Below, in pieces: positions 63,122-64,000 of a stretch of DNA of 64,000 nt (within the stretch, counting starts at the first letter, position 1; every line of letters begins with the position of its first letter). The notes beneath the pieces were generated by a model. The model worked only from the letters and a program-made list of their open reading frames with translations, ran no database searches and was not told where the DNA came from. The position numbers and the translations under genes were made by a program. The stretch is from assembly GCA_032718475.1 (NCBI GenBank), contig JAUCBJ010002945.1, positions 1-64,000 on the forward strand. Reading direction: 5' to 3'. The stretch is from Nemertoderma westbladi (taxonomy: Eukaryota > Animalia > Xenacoelomorpha).

Positions 63122-64000
63122 CCCTGGAGTTTCTCCATCGGCGATTTGGTATCACTCCTTTTCATTTTCAGGCATTTACATTTTTTCTTTTTGTGCAATA
63201 TTTTATTCTTATGAGCATTATATGGTATCTTCCATTTGAATTTATTGTTTGTACAGTAAGTAAATGTAACTTTAGTTAAAGTTGTTGTGTTTTAATTGTT
63301 GTTTTTACATTTCACTTGTTTCTAATGGTTTAATTCTACGTGCCTTACAATTTAATTGTATTCCTTGTCATGATTTATATTAATACTGGAATATAAATAA
63401 AATAATTCATAAATATAAATTTATATGATTTTCCATGTTACAAAATCCACCAGTGGTGCTGAATACTGAAATGTAATTCAATAAATTTCAGTTATTAGGT
63501 TTTCATTTATTTATTTATAATTTCATTTATAGACACTGACAGCATATATCCCCTAATTCAATATTGTTTCTCGCGAAACATTTTTTTCACCACCAAAATT
63601 TTTTATTACAACGAACCTGTCTTTAGACTGGGTAGTTTTGTCTAAACCTGAAGCCGGCTAAAACACGATGGATGTGTATACTGTATATGCATATTTATTT
63701 ATGTTTTGTTTAACCACCAACTCTGCAAAATGAGTTCTACAATTCTACCGTATGATACCAGCAATAGTCTTACTACTTTTGCTCTACACTATTTTCACAT
63801 TTTCGCTTAAATTCTAAATTTATCAATTCAAAACATATATTTAATATAATTATTGTATTTCCGTACGTTGTTATTGCACTGACTTATATAACGTTTGTAT
63901 TTTATCGCCGTTAAGCAGTGTGTATCAGGTTCTTTAACCACGACACTTCCTTACTCAATTATTCTACTTTTATCAAACTTTCAGTCTTATGTTAGATCTC

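Overview
AT-rich animal (probably invertebrate) nuclear DNA with GT-AG introns; roughly half of the window is tandem repeats. Recognisable genes: intronless WDR55 (3231-4388, -), two-exon POLR3H (7878-8962, -), the five 3' exons of a ninein/ninein-like gene (33436-48859, -) and an unusually long intronless mRpL30 (50751-51761, -). Three loci are missed or fragmented by the ORF track. One is an intact two-exon secreted 8-Cys knottin-like peptide gene with the C-C-CC-CC-C-C framework (12468-13377, +). One is a frameshifted Ly6/uPAR-like GPI-type pseudogene (6243-6960, +). The third is a shattered, intron-containing pseudogene of the bacterial/fungal-type large 2OG-Fe(II) oxygenase family (about 52685-59630, +). 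Mobile DNA: two ~97%-similar-looking 5'-truncated RTE-like LINEs, L2 and CR1 3' ends, a Mutator-like element with a 9-10 bp TSD, two ~900-bp fold-back MITEs, a Helitron-like element and several small MITEs. At least nine unrelated minisatellite/satellite arrays occur. Several were visibly born in place from functional sequence; the clearest is a 32-bp array that is a ~74-fold amplification of a ninein splice acceptor. Most long ORFs in the track are artefacts of these arrays. All homology calls are from recognition of motifs by eye; no searches were run.
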